Shown here: piece after piece, positions 25,436-32,302 of the stretch | How positions within the stretch are numbered: position 1 is the stretch's first letter | Layout: each line of letters opens with the position of its first letter | Source: an uncultured Kiritimatiellota bacterium | GTDB taxonomy: Bacteria; Verrucomicrobiota; Kiritimatiellia; RFP12; UBA1067 | DNA: 33,141 bases | Assembly (NCBI GenBank): GCA_934667295.1 | Contig: CAKULR010000001.1 | Coordinates: 1 to 33,141 of the forward strand | Reading direction: 5' to 3' | The notes under the pieces: model-generated | Told to the model about the DNA's origin: nothing | The model's database searches: none | The model's input: only the letters and a program-made list of their open reading frames with translations | Position numbers and translations under genes: made by a program

Positions 25436-26365
25436 TTATTCACCAAGATTGGAACGCTTGTATTCAAGGCGTGCCAGCGCGACCGGGACGGCCTCCGCAA
25501 GTCCCTTTGCATCCGAAGCCCGCAGGATCATCATCTGTTCGTCCTGGATCTTCTTCAACTCGGCCGGATCCTGCACAAGCGCCTCCTTCACGAGAAGGTA
25601 CAGGTAGTAGTTACCGAGCCGCAGATCCGCGTCCGAGCCCTCATACGTCTTGGTGCGCAGCTGTTCGCAGAGCTTCGCCAGGTCTGTCGCTCCAATCTGC
25701 CTGTAGCGCTGGAGAAAGGGCGTGTAGGCTTTTCGGTCCCCCTTGGCAAATCCCACGCCGCCCTTCGTGAACAGTTCGCGCAGTGAACCATCCGCCTCCA
25801 GCGGCATGGGCGTCTCGACCTGTTTCTGCTGCGTGATGAACACATCCTTCACGCGCTCGACGACTTCCGCCGCGAACTGCGCCTCGAAGTCGGCGGCCTT
25901 GCGGACGACGGCGTTCGTATTGTCGCCCGAATAAATCGGAACTTCAAGATAATGGACGGGGGCGAGCGTCTTCGTCTCGTACACCGCGACGCCGACGCCA
26001 GTGGCGGCACTGGCAAGGTTCCGGTCAGTTTCCGTCAGAACCTCCGTTCCGCCGCTTTCGTTTTCCTGCTTGTCAACCGAAACCGTCTTCTGTGGCACGC
26101 TTTCAAGGTACTGTCTCGACCCGTTGAGGACAAACCAGTAGTCCGCCTTCTCTTCGACAACTTGGAGGACCCCGCTCTTCTTGAACTCGTCCGTCAGCGC
26201 CGTGGCAATCGGCGTGAGCGCATCGCCATTCGCGACGATCTTCACCTTGGCCTTGTCCTTCAACGGAACCTCCGCAAAGGAAGTAACCGTATACTGGGCC
26301 ATTTCAACAGAAGCGCAGCCTCCCAAAAGGAGGGCCGTGCCAACCCCCAACCATCTTGCTTTCAT
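25436..26365 (-). CDS. Lipoprotein A (309 aa), first gene of the envelope operon, helical C-terminal half
   Basis: The track ORF begins at 26416. The ATG at 26365 gives MKARWLGVGTALLLGGCAS (lipobox LGGC) and is preceded by AAGGAAAG. The C-terminal half (DLRLGNYYLYLLVKEALVQDPAELKK...) looks like a helical repeat. Confidence 0.6.
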   Translation of the reverse strand: MKARWLGVGTALLLGGCASVEMAQYTVTSFAEVPLKDKAKVKIVANGDALTPIATALTDEFKKSGVLQVVEEKADYWFVLNGSRQYLESVPQKTVSVDKQENESGGTEVLTETDRNLASAATGVGVAVYETKTLAPVHYLEVPIYSGDNTNAVVRKAADFEAQFAAEVVERVKDVFITQQKQVETPMPLEADGSLRELFTKGGVGFAKGDRKAYTPFLQRYRQIGATDLAKLCEQLRTKTYEGSDADLRLGNYYLYLLVKEALVQDPAELKKIQDEQMMILRASDAKGLAEAVPVALARLEYKRSNLGE

Positions 26366-26467
26366 AGCTTTCCTTGTTGTACTCACACAAAGGTGAACCG
26401 ATGTTGTTGTTTTCACTCAGAACCGGGCTTTCGGCATGCCGTCGAGTGCCCAATCCCTTTACGGAAA

Positions 26468-26497
26468 ATTTTACATCTTCGACGGGTTGGCTATCAA
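26468..26497 (-). promoter_or_regulatory. Candidate sigma70 promoter of the envelope operon
   Basis: The minus strand has TTGATA, an 18-nt spacer, then TAAAAT. This sits in the AT-rich 219-nt gap between the AraC gene and gene A and implies a leader of about 95 nt. The direct repeats GTGAAAT (26534..26528) and GTGAATT (26520..26514) lie just upstream of the -35. Confidence 0.35.
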
Positions 26498-26584
26498 TTT
26501 CCAAAACGGACACAATTCACCAGTTTCATTTCACAGATTGTCCAGACGTGCCCAGATGTTTGTTTTTGTGAACATCGACCTTTT

Positions 26585-27406
26585 TCACAGAAAAGGCGTC
26601 CGCCCATTCCGCAGCTCACGCGGCGAGTATCCCGTGCGCCGCCTGATGAAGGTCGAGAAATGCGAAACCGTCAGGAAACCCGTCGCCTCCGCAATCTTCC
26701 CCACCGGGTCGACAGAGTGCCGAAGAAGCCACAGGGCGCGGCGCAGCTGTTCGGACTTCACGTAGTCGGCAACGCTTCCCAAACCATGTTGGCGGAAGAC
26801 GCGGTGCAGATAGGAGCGGCTGACCCGCAATTCCGCGCACAGGTCCTCCAACCGTACGGCACCGCGTGACAGGTTGCGGCGAATCTGCTGCATGGCATCG
26901 AAGACCAGACGGTTCATCGACGAACGCGCGTCCTCAAGGATCGACACAAGGAGATTCGCCAGATACCCCCACGCCCGATCATGCCCTTCGGGCGTCACAT
27001 ACGCATCGGCCCTAACCAGTTTGCACAACTCGTGAAAGCAGGCGTCCCGTGCGACGACACGTGCAAGAAGGCCATCGACGTACCCAAGCCCGTCAAAGTA
27101 GTCCTCCACCTGCCCACCTGTCAGCACGGCGGAGACCAGACGGTTCGACGGCTCCAACGCCGTGACGGTGATCCAGTACCCCGGATAGCTCACGAACAGA
27201 TGGCCCGGTTCAAGGACAACATCCTCACACCCTCGCCGTGAAATGCAGAAGCGCCCCTCGTAGCAGTGCCAGACCCCCACACCCGCAAAATAGAAATCCT
27301 GCATCATCGTCTTCGCCCCCGTACGAAGATCCGACAGCGACCGGATGGCGACATCGCACGCGAAGCCTGCACCGCCGCCAGGCGATACATCATCCCATGT
27401 AAACAT
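26585..27406 (-). CDS. AraC-family transcriptional regulator (cupin-like N-terminal domain plus C-terminal double HTH)
   Basis: The C-terminus is LEDLCAELRVSRSYLHRVFRQH...IAEATGFLTVSHFSTFIRRRTGYSPRELR. The start is uncertain: GTG 27427, ATG 27406 or ATG 27307. Confidence 0.85.
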   Translation of the reverse strand: MFTWDDVSPGGGAGFACDVAIRSLSDLRTGAKTMMQDFYFAGVGVWHCYEGRFCISRRGCEDVVLEPGHLFVSYPGYWITVTALEPSNRLVSAVLTGGQVEDYFDGLGYVDGLLARVVARDACFHELCKLVRADAYVTPEGHDRAWGYLANLLVSILEDARSSMNRLVFDAMQQIRRNLSRGAVRLEDLCAELRVSRSYLHRVFRQHGLGSVADYVKSEQLRRALWLLRHSVDPVGKIAEATGFLTVSHFSTFIRRRTGYSPRELRNGRTPFL

Positions 27407-27822
27407 AAAACGGCAGTCTCTCCACACTTCTTCCGCACATCTCGCCTCACGTCACCTCCCGTGCGAAAAAAAGATGGCGTGCTTCAACAACACGTCTTAC
27501 AGGAGGTGTCGCCAAACACCCAAAGACAAAACATGCATGATGAAACACGCCACGTGTGTGTAGGACACACGTAGCGCGACCATTGTATTCCGCTTTGTCC
27601 TTTAGAATCTTTGGCGAAGTTTCCTGTAAAGCGTCATACGCTGATTCGCGTACGCTGTGCGGGTTAGGTTGCCCACCCCGCACATCTCCAACTCCTCGGC
27701 CAGGACGCAACGGAGTGCGTTCCTCCCGAGTGGGGAGCCGGCCGCCCCCTAAAGGCCCGACCGATCTATTCGTTCAATTTCGTTCAGTCCGCCGACGGTC
27801 TCCCTTCAATCGGTCCTTCTTC

Positions 27823-29040
27823 TCACTTCACGCGGCCGGTGTAGGCATTCACCCCGGAATTGTCGATCGTCGCGTTGAAGAAGGCGTTCGCCGCCTTCTC
27901 GCGCGGACCGTCCCAGGGGCGCGGACCGCCCGTGAGCTGCACCGCCCAGAGCTTGAGCTGCCTGCGGTGCCAGTTGACCATGCAGTTCGTCCCCCACGCG
28001 CCGCCGTGGCCGAACCAGCTTCCCTCGCTGTCCGTCTCGGGGGCCACAAGGCCGAGCGAATAGCCGCCCATGCCCTTCGGACGCGACGAGACCGCGAGGA
28101 GGTTCTTCACCGTCTCCTCCTTGAGGATGCGCACGCCGTTCTCGCCCTTGCCGAGGTTCATCAGCATCCTGTAGAACTTGAGCTGGTCCGCCGCCGTCGT
28201 CCACAGCCCCGCGCCCGCCGAGGCGAACACGTGGCGGTCGTTGTACGGGCGCTGCTGCATCGACGCCTCGCGCTGGTACACGGCCGGCTGGTCCTTCCGG
28301 CAGCTGTACATCTCAACCTGGTGCGCGAGCTGCGCGTCGGTCGGCCAGAAGCCCGAATCCTTCATCCCGAGCGGCAGCAGCACGCGCTCCTTCAGGAACT
28401 CCTCCCACGGCTTGCCCGTGATGACCTCCGTCACCGCCGCGCCGATGTCGATGCCCGTGTTCGAATACTGCACCTTCGTGCCGGGCTCGAAGAGGAGCGG
28501 GCACGCCGCCGCGATCGCCGCCGTCTGGCGGAGGGGCGCGCCGCCCGACCAGCCGCCGCCCTTGATGTTGCCCTGCTTGGCCGGGATCTCGAACGGGAAG
28601 CCGCCCGTGTGGTTCATCACCATGCGCACGGTGAGCGTGTTCTTCGCCCGCGTGAGCGTGCGCACGCCGTTCGATTCGGACGTCTTGACCCACAGGTTCG
28701 CGAACTCGGGCAGGTACTTCGAGACGGGATCGTCGAGCTTGAGCCTGCCTTCCTCCACGAGGATGGCGATCGTCACGCCGCAGAAGCCCTTCGTCTGGGA
28801 GCACTGCATGTAGACGTCGTCCATCTTGATCGGGCGCTTCGCCGCCACGTCCGCATAGCCCACGCACGCGACTTCCTCGGCGCCGGGCTTGACGAAGACG
28901 CTGATCGCGCCCGGCAGCTGCCCGTTCTCGACGTACGGCTTGAGCGCATCGCGCGCGAACGTGGTGTCCGCCGAGGCGGTGAAGAGGTTTCCGGCGAGCG
29001 CCGCGCCCGCCGCCAACAGGATGAGTGTGTTGAGTTTCAT
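27823..29040 (-). CDS. Secreted serine hydrolase of the class-C beta-lactamase / PBP (esterase EstB-like) family
   Basis: The track ORF begins at 29214. The ATG at 29040 gives the signal peptide MKLNTLILLAAGAALAGNLFTASA. Motifs are SQTK (SxxK), YSN (YxN) and HGG in FGHGGAWG. Confidence 0.85.
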   Translation of the reverse strand: MKLNTLILLAAGAALAGNLFTASADTTFARDALKPYVENGQLPGAISVFVKPGAEEVACVGYADVAAKRPIKMDDVYMQCSQTKGFCGVTIAILVEEGRLKLDDPVSKYLPEFANLWVKTSESNGVRTLTRAKNTLTVRMVMNHTGGFPFEIPAKQGNIKGGGWSGGAPLRQTAAIAAACPLLFEPGTKVQYSNTGIDIGAAVTEVITGKPWEEFLKERVLLPLGMKDSGFWPTDAQLAHQVEMYSCRKDQPAVYQREASMQQRPYNDRHVFASAGAGLWTTAADQLKFYRMLMNLGKGENGVRILKEETVKNLLAVSSRPKGMGGYSLGLVAPETDSEGSWFGHGGAWGTNCMVNWHRRQLKLWAVQLTGGPRPWDGPREKAANAFFNATIDNSGVNAYTGRVK

Positions 29041-29047
29041 GCGGGCT

Positions 29048-29056
29048 ATTCTACCA
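29048..29056 (-). promoter_or_regulatory. Extended -10 box TGGTAGAAT, 7 nt upstream of the serine-hydrolase ATG (leaderless-type arrangement)
   Basis: The minus strand reads GATGTGGTAGAATAGCCCGCATGAAA. There is no SD. Confidence 0.4.
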
Positions 29057-29084
29057 CATCCGCCGAACGCGGGCAATTGCCCCA

Positions 29085-29229
29085 CGCCGCGCCCACGGGG
29101 ACGACATCGGGCACACGGGCCGTCGGGACGTCGGCCCCTACCACGCACGCACAGCATGGTAGGGCGCGACGTCCTCGGCGCGCCGCGCCCACGGGAATGC
29201 CACGGGAACGACATCGGGCACGCGGGCCG
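29085..29229. repeat. Direct repeat pair flanking a long imperfect hairpin (REP-like cluster)
   Basis: CGCCGCGCCCACGGGGACGACATCGGGCACACGGGCCG lies at 29085..29122. CGCCGCGCCCACGGGAATGCCACGGGAACGACATCGGGCACGCGGGCCG lies at 29181..29229 and carries an internal 10-11 nt duplication. Between them, GGACGTCGGCCCCTACCA (29126..29143) pairs with TGGTAGGGCGCGACGTCC (29157..29174). Confidence 0.75.
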
Positions 29230-29231
29230 CC

Positions 29232-29268
29232 GACCTCCAGAATTAGGTCAGACCTAATTTTGGAGGTC
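29232..29268. other. 18-bp near-perfect palindrome spanning the stop codon of the TSCPD gene
   Basis: The sequence is GACCTCCAGAATTAGGTC-A-GACCTAATTTTGGAGGTC with one mismatch. The TAA stop at 29243..29245 lies inside the left arm. Confidence 0.75.
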
Positions 29269-29512
29269 TGGCGTTCAGCTCGGTCTCCAGCGCGCGGGCG
29301 AGCTGGTCCGGGCAGGAGGTGCCGTTGCGGCAGGGGATGCCCTTCAGGAGCGCCACGACCTCCTCCACCTTCCGGCCCACCACGAGCTTCGCCACGCCCT
29401 GCGTGTTCCCCGGGCAGCCACCCATGAACTGGCACACCGTGACGATGCCGTTCTCGACCTCGTAGCCAATCGCCTGGGCGCAGACGCCCTGTGTCTTCAC
29501 GACCTTCCGCAT
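29243..29512 (-). CDS. TSCPD-domain small protein (89 aa)
   Basis: The motif CRNGTSCPDQLA sits after GGCPGNTQGV. A strong SD, AAGGAGAGGGAAG, precedes the ATG. The gene overlaps the GT2 gene by 16 nt. Confidence 0.7.
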   Translation of the reverse strand: MRKVVKTQGVCAQAIGYEVENGIVTVCQFMGGCPGNTQGVAKLVVGRKVEEVVALLKGIPCRNGTSCPDQLARALETELNARPPKLGLT

Positions 29513-30222
29513 CTTCCCTCTCCTTCAGCGTTCTTCGAAAAGCGCGCGGACCACAGGGCCCGCTGCGTCAAGATCGTATCGCGCAGCGGCTGGAAATGCG
29601 AGGACCGATTGCCGTCGAGGTAGACGGTCTCGATGGTGACCTGCAGCGGCTTCGCCGCATGGCGGCGCGCGTCGACGAGCATCCGCATCTCGTATTCGTA
29701 GCGGTTGCCCGGCAAGGCGAGCATGCGCCCCAGGAGCGCGCGCGGAACGGCGCGCAGGCCGGTCTGCGTGTCGCGCACGGAAAGCCCCGTCAGCAGACGG
29801 AAGAGCACGCGCGACCAGGCGTTGCCGAAGCGGCTCCTGAGCGGCACGTGCCCCGAGAACGCGCGCACGCCCAGCACCAGCCCCTGCGGATGCCCAAGCG
29901 CCGCCTCCGCCACGCGGCGGATGTCCACCGGCGTGTGCTGGCCGTCCGCATCGGCCGTCACGACCACCTCCGCCTCCGGCAGATGGTCGCGGATCCACGC
30001 GAAGCCCGTCCGCAGCGCGGCGCCCTTCCCGCGGTTGGCCCCATGCACGAGCACGGCGTCCACCCGTTCCCGCACCGCCGTGAACGCCGCCCGCGCCTCG
30101 GGCCGCGTCGACCCGTCATCGACGACGACCAGGTGCGCACCCAGCGGATACAGCGCCTCGACAAGCCGGACAAGCTTGTCGTCCGGCTCATACGCGGGAA
30201 TCAAGATTACAACTTTTTTCAT
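29497..30222 (-). CDS. Family 2 glycosyltransferase (polyprenol-phosphate sugar transferase-like, soluble catalytic domain)
   Basis: The ATG at 30222 gives MKKVVILIPAYEPDDKL. Motifs are VVVDDGS, NRGKGAAL and DADGQH (DxD-type). The track start at 30249 is less likely. Confidence 0.82.
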   Translation of the reverse strand: MKKVVILIPAYEPDDKLVRLVEALYPLGAHLVVVDDGSTRPEARAAFTAVRERVDAVLVHGANRGKGAALRTGFAWIRDHLPEAEVVVTADADGQHTPVDIRRVAEAALGHPQGLVLGVRAFSGHVPLRSRFGNAWSRVLFRLLTGLSVRDTQTGLRAVPRALLGRMLALPGNRYEYEMRMLVDARRHAAKPLQVTIETVYLDGNRSSHFQPLRDTILTQRALWSARFSKNAEGEGRCGRS

Positions 30223-30250
30223 TGACTGATGTTGGCAATTCATTGTCACG

Positions 30251-30368
30251 TTAAGTAGTTAAGTAGTTAAGTGGTTAAGTAGTTAAATGCGAAGGGCGAG
30301 GGGCGGGCAACGGGAGGGACGCGCTTGTCGCGTCCGGGCTCTACTTAATCACTTAACTACTTAACCAC
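30251..30368. repeat. Tandem octamer array (TTAAGTAG)n with an inverted partner array flanking a GC hairpin
   Basis: 30251..30286 reads TTAAGTAG TTAAGTAG TTAAGTGG TTAAGTAG TTAA. 30341..30368 reads CTACTTAA TCACTTAA CTACTTAA CCAC. GTGGTTAAGTAGTTAA (30271..30286) is the exact reverse complement of 30353..30368. The central hairpin GGACGCG-CTTGT-CGCGTCC lies at 30317..30335. Confidence 0.85.
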
Positions 30369-31294
30369 AGTTCCTTAACCATCGCAAGGGACGCCTTCAA
30401 TTCGTCGAACGAGACGGGGGCGTGCGGCTCGAAGACGCGGAGGATGTCGCGCGCGGCGAGCGGCTTCAACGCCGCGAAGTCGACGCCGCCCCAGCCGGGC
30501 TGGCGGTGGTCGTCGTGGAAGTCCCGCACGTCGTTCAGGTGCATGCCGCAGATGTGGGGGGCCATCCGCGTGGCGATTTCCGTGGTGGACGCGCTCCAGA
30601 GGTGGCATTCCCGCACGCGCGCGTGCCCCGTGTCGAACCAGAGCCGCACGGGCGCGCCCGCGAACCGCTTCACCAGTGCCTCGCCCTCGTCCGCGTTCGG
30701 AAACCCCTCCAGGCGCGGCAGGTTCTCCAGGGCAAGCGTGAGGCGGGCCTTCTCCAGGTCGGGGATGAGCGCGTCGAGTTCGCGCGAGAAGACATCGAGC
30801 AACTTCCGTCCGCGCGCCGCGCGCCGCTTGAGCGCCTTCGCGAGATGGGCGCGGTAGGCGGGGCGCGCCGCGTCCGCCTTGCCGTCCGGCCCCTTCAGGA
30901 GCCGCCTCAGCACATCCGAGGAGCAGTTCACGAAAAGGCCGTCGAGATCGACGTAGCCCGCGTGCGTCACGACGACCTTCGCGCCGAGGTCCGCCGCACA
31001 GGCGATCGTCTGCTTCATGAGGAGGCGGGCGAGCGCGCGTTCCGTCTCGTCGCGGTCCGCGAGCTGGTGGAGCTCGGGGTGTCCGCTCGGTGCGCCGATG
31101 GGCACGGGGCAGTAGGCGTGGACCGAGTCGACGGGCATCTGGTCGAGGCGGCTGCGGATGCCCGGCAGGTGTTCCGGCTGCGTGCGGAAGCTCAGTTCCA
31201 GCGCGTCGAACCCCAGGGCCAGCGCCTCGTCGGCGAGGGCCGCGCCGTCCGAAAGGCGGTCGCTGTTCCAGTTGGTGGAAAGGGCGAAGCGCAT
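30353..31294 (-). CDS. Sugar-phosphate isomerase/epimerase (xylose-isomerase-like TIM barrel)
   Basis: The pattern is GFDALELSF, KVVVTHAG, LTLALENLP, WFDTGHA, GMHLNDV. The SD GGAGA precedes the ATG. The last codons (TGG TTA AGT AGT TAA) belong to the octamer repeat. Confidence 0.72.
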   Translation of the reverse strand: MRFALSTNWNSDRLSDGAALADEALALGFDALELSFRTQPEHLPGIRSRLDQMPVDSVHAYCPVPIGAPSGHPELHQLADRDETERALARLLMKQTIACAADLGAKVVVTHAGYVDLDGLFVNCSSDVLRRLLKGPDGKADAARPAYRAHLAKALKRRAARGRKLLDVFSRELDALIPDLEKARLTLALENLPRLEGFPNADEGEALVKRFAGAPVRLWFDTGHARVRECHLWSASTTEIATRMAPHICGMHLNDVRDFHDDHRQPGWGGVDFAALKPLAARDILRVFEPHAPVSFDELKASLAMVKELWLSS

Positions 31295-31307
31295 GGACGG
31301 CTCTCCG

Positions 31308-31679
31308 TCAGGGCGCGCGGTAGGGACCGAGGAATTCCTCGCGGAAGTCGAAGCCGCCGATGAAGTCGGCCGGCGAATCCTGGTCCGTCTTGCCGATGCG
31401 GCGGGCGTTGTAGAGGTTGAAGACGATCGCGCCCACGTCCTCGCAGCACGTGATCCCCCACGTCGTCAGGACGGTGTAGGCGAGCGGACCGTAGGCGTCG
31501 AGCGCGAGGTCGCGGAAGAAGCCCAGCAGTTCCTGCCCGGAGACGTGGCCCTTCGCAACCTCGCTCGCCTCGGCGATGACGCGCAGCACGAAGTCGTAGG
31601 CGCGGCTGTCGAAGCGGGCGTCCTTCTTCAGGATGTCCGAGAAGTCCTCGGTCTCGTAGCTGATCTCGGGAACGTCCAT
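31308..31679 (-). CDS. Minf_1886-like conserved hypothetical protein (a family I recall as restricted to Verrucomicrobia/Planctomycetes)
   Basis: The ATG at 31679 gives MDVPEISYETEDFSDILKKDARFDSRAYDFVLRVIAEA...GHVSGQELL...WGITCCEDVGAIVFNLYNARRIGKTDQDSPADFIGGFDFREEF. The family call is from memory of the pattern. The start lies 2 nt after the HIT stop. Confidence 0.55.
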   Translation of the reverse strand: MDVPEISYETEDFSDILKKDARFDSRAYDFVLRVIAEASEVAKGHVSGQELLGFFRDLALDAYGPLAYTVLTTWGITCCEDVGAIVFNLYNARRIGKTDQDSPADFIGGFDFREEFLGPYRAP

Positions 31680-31681
31680 GG

Positions 31682-32089
31682 CTAGAAGCGCAGTCGGGCC
31701 GCGAGTTTCCCCAATGCTTCCCTGTCGCCGGGATGGTTCGCGAACGAAATCTCGCCCGCCGCCGTGCCGACGCGCGGCACGATGTGGAAGTGGACGTGGG
31801 GGACGGTCTGCCCCGCCGCCGCGCCGTTGTTCTGGAGGATGTTGAACCCGTCGCACGGCAGCGCGGCCCTGAGGTGGGCGGCGACCTTCTGCACGCGAAC
31901 GACGATCTCCTTCAGCGTCTCGGCGGGCGTGTCCAGAAGCCCCGTCGTGTGGGTCTTGGGGATTACGAGCGTATGGCCCTCGGTGAAGGGGTTGATGTCC
32001 AGGTACGCGAGCACAAGGTCGTCCTCGTAGACCTTGAAGCTCGGGATCTCGCCGGCGGCGATCGCGCAGAACACGCAGTCGTTCTTCAT
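31682..32089 (-). CDS. HIT-family (histidine triad) nucleotide hydrolase/transferase
   Basis: The N-terminus is MKNDCVFCAIAAGEIPSFKVYEDD and the histidine triad is VPHVHFHIVPR. The SD is AAGGAGAGA. Confidence 0.9.
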   Translation of the reverse strand: MKNDCVFCAIAAGEIPSFKVYEDDLVLAYLDINPFTEGHTLVIPKTHTTGLLDTPAETLKEIVVRVQKVAAHLRAALPCDGFNILQNNGAAAGQTVPHVHFHIVPRVGTAAGEISFANHPGDREALGKLAARLRF

Positions 32090-32167
32090 TTCGTCTCTCC
32101 TTGCCTATAGATGCGGTAATAAATTAGGTTGACTCTTCCCAGTGAGAAAACAACTCCGATTCGTGCA

Positions 32168-32297
32168 GCTCTCGCTACCGCTCCGCAGAATGTTTCTGCC
32201 AAGAGTTATAACATTCGCACTTCACGACCCTAAAAGTGATTGTTTTTTGACTGGCTTCTGCGAAGCCATATAGAGTCTGCGGAGCGGTAGCGAGAGC
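32168..32297. repeat. Perfect 22-bp inverted repeat enclosing an 86-nt AT-rich core
   Basis: GCTCTCGCTACCGCTCCGCAGA (32168..32189) is the exact reverse complement of TCTGCGGAGCGGTAGCGAGAGC (32276..32297). The core holds two small hairpins, GCAGAA-TGT-TTCTGC and GGCTTC-TGC-GAAGCC. It also holds a minus-strand TGTTATAAC box (32213..32205). Confidence 0.85.
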
Positions 32298-32302
32298 ATC
32301 AA

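Noticed and set aside
27552-27572. The hairpin ACGTGTGT-GTAGG-ACACACGT followed on the minus strand by a moderately T-rich stretch, as a possible terminator of the serine hydrolase gene.
   Set aside because: It lies about 250 nt downstream of the stop codon, and the T-tract is interrupted (GGCGTGTTTCATCATGCATGTTTTG). That is too weak to call. It could equally be part of the AraC gene's control region.
29497-29512. The 16-nt overlap between the GT2 and TSCPD genes, as a possible frameshift or fusion signal.
   Set aside because: The TSCPD gene has its own strong SD (AAGGAGAGGGAAG) inside the overlap and a normal ATG. Short overlaps like this are ordinary translational coupling.
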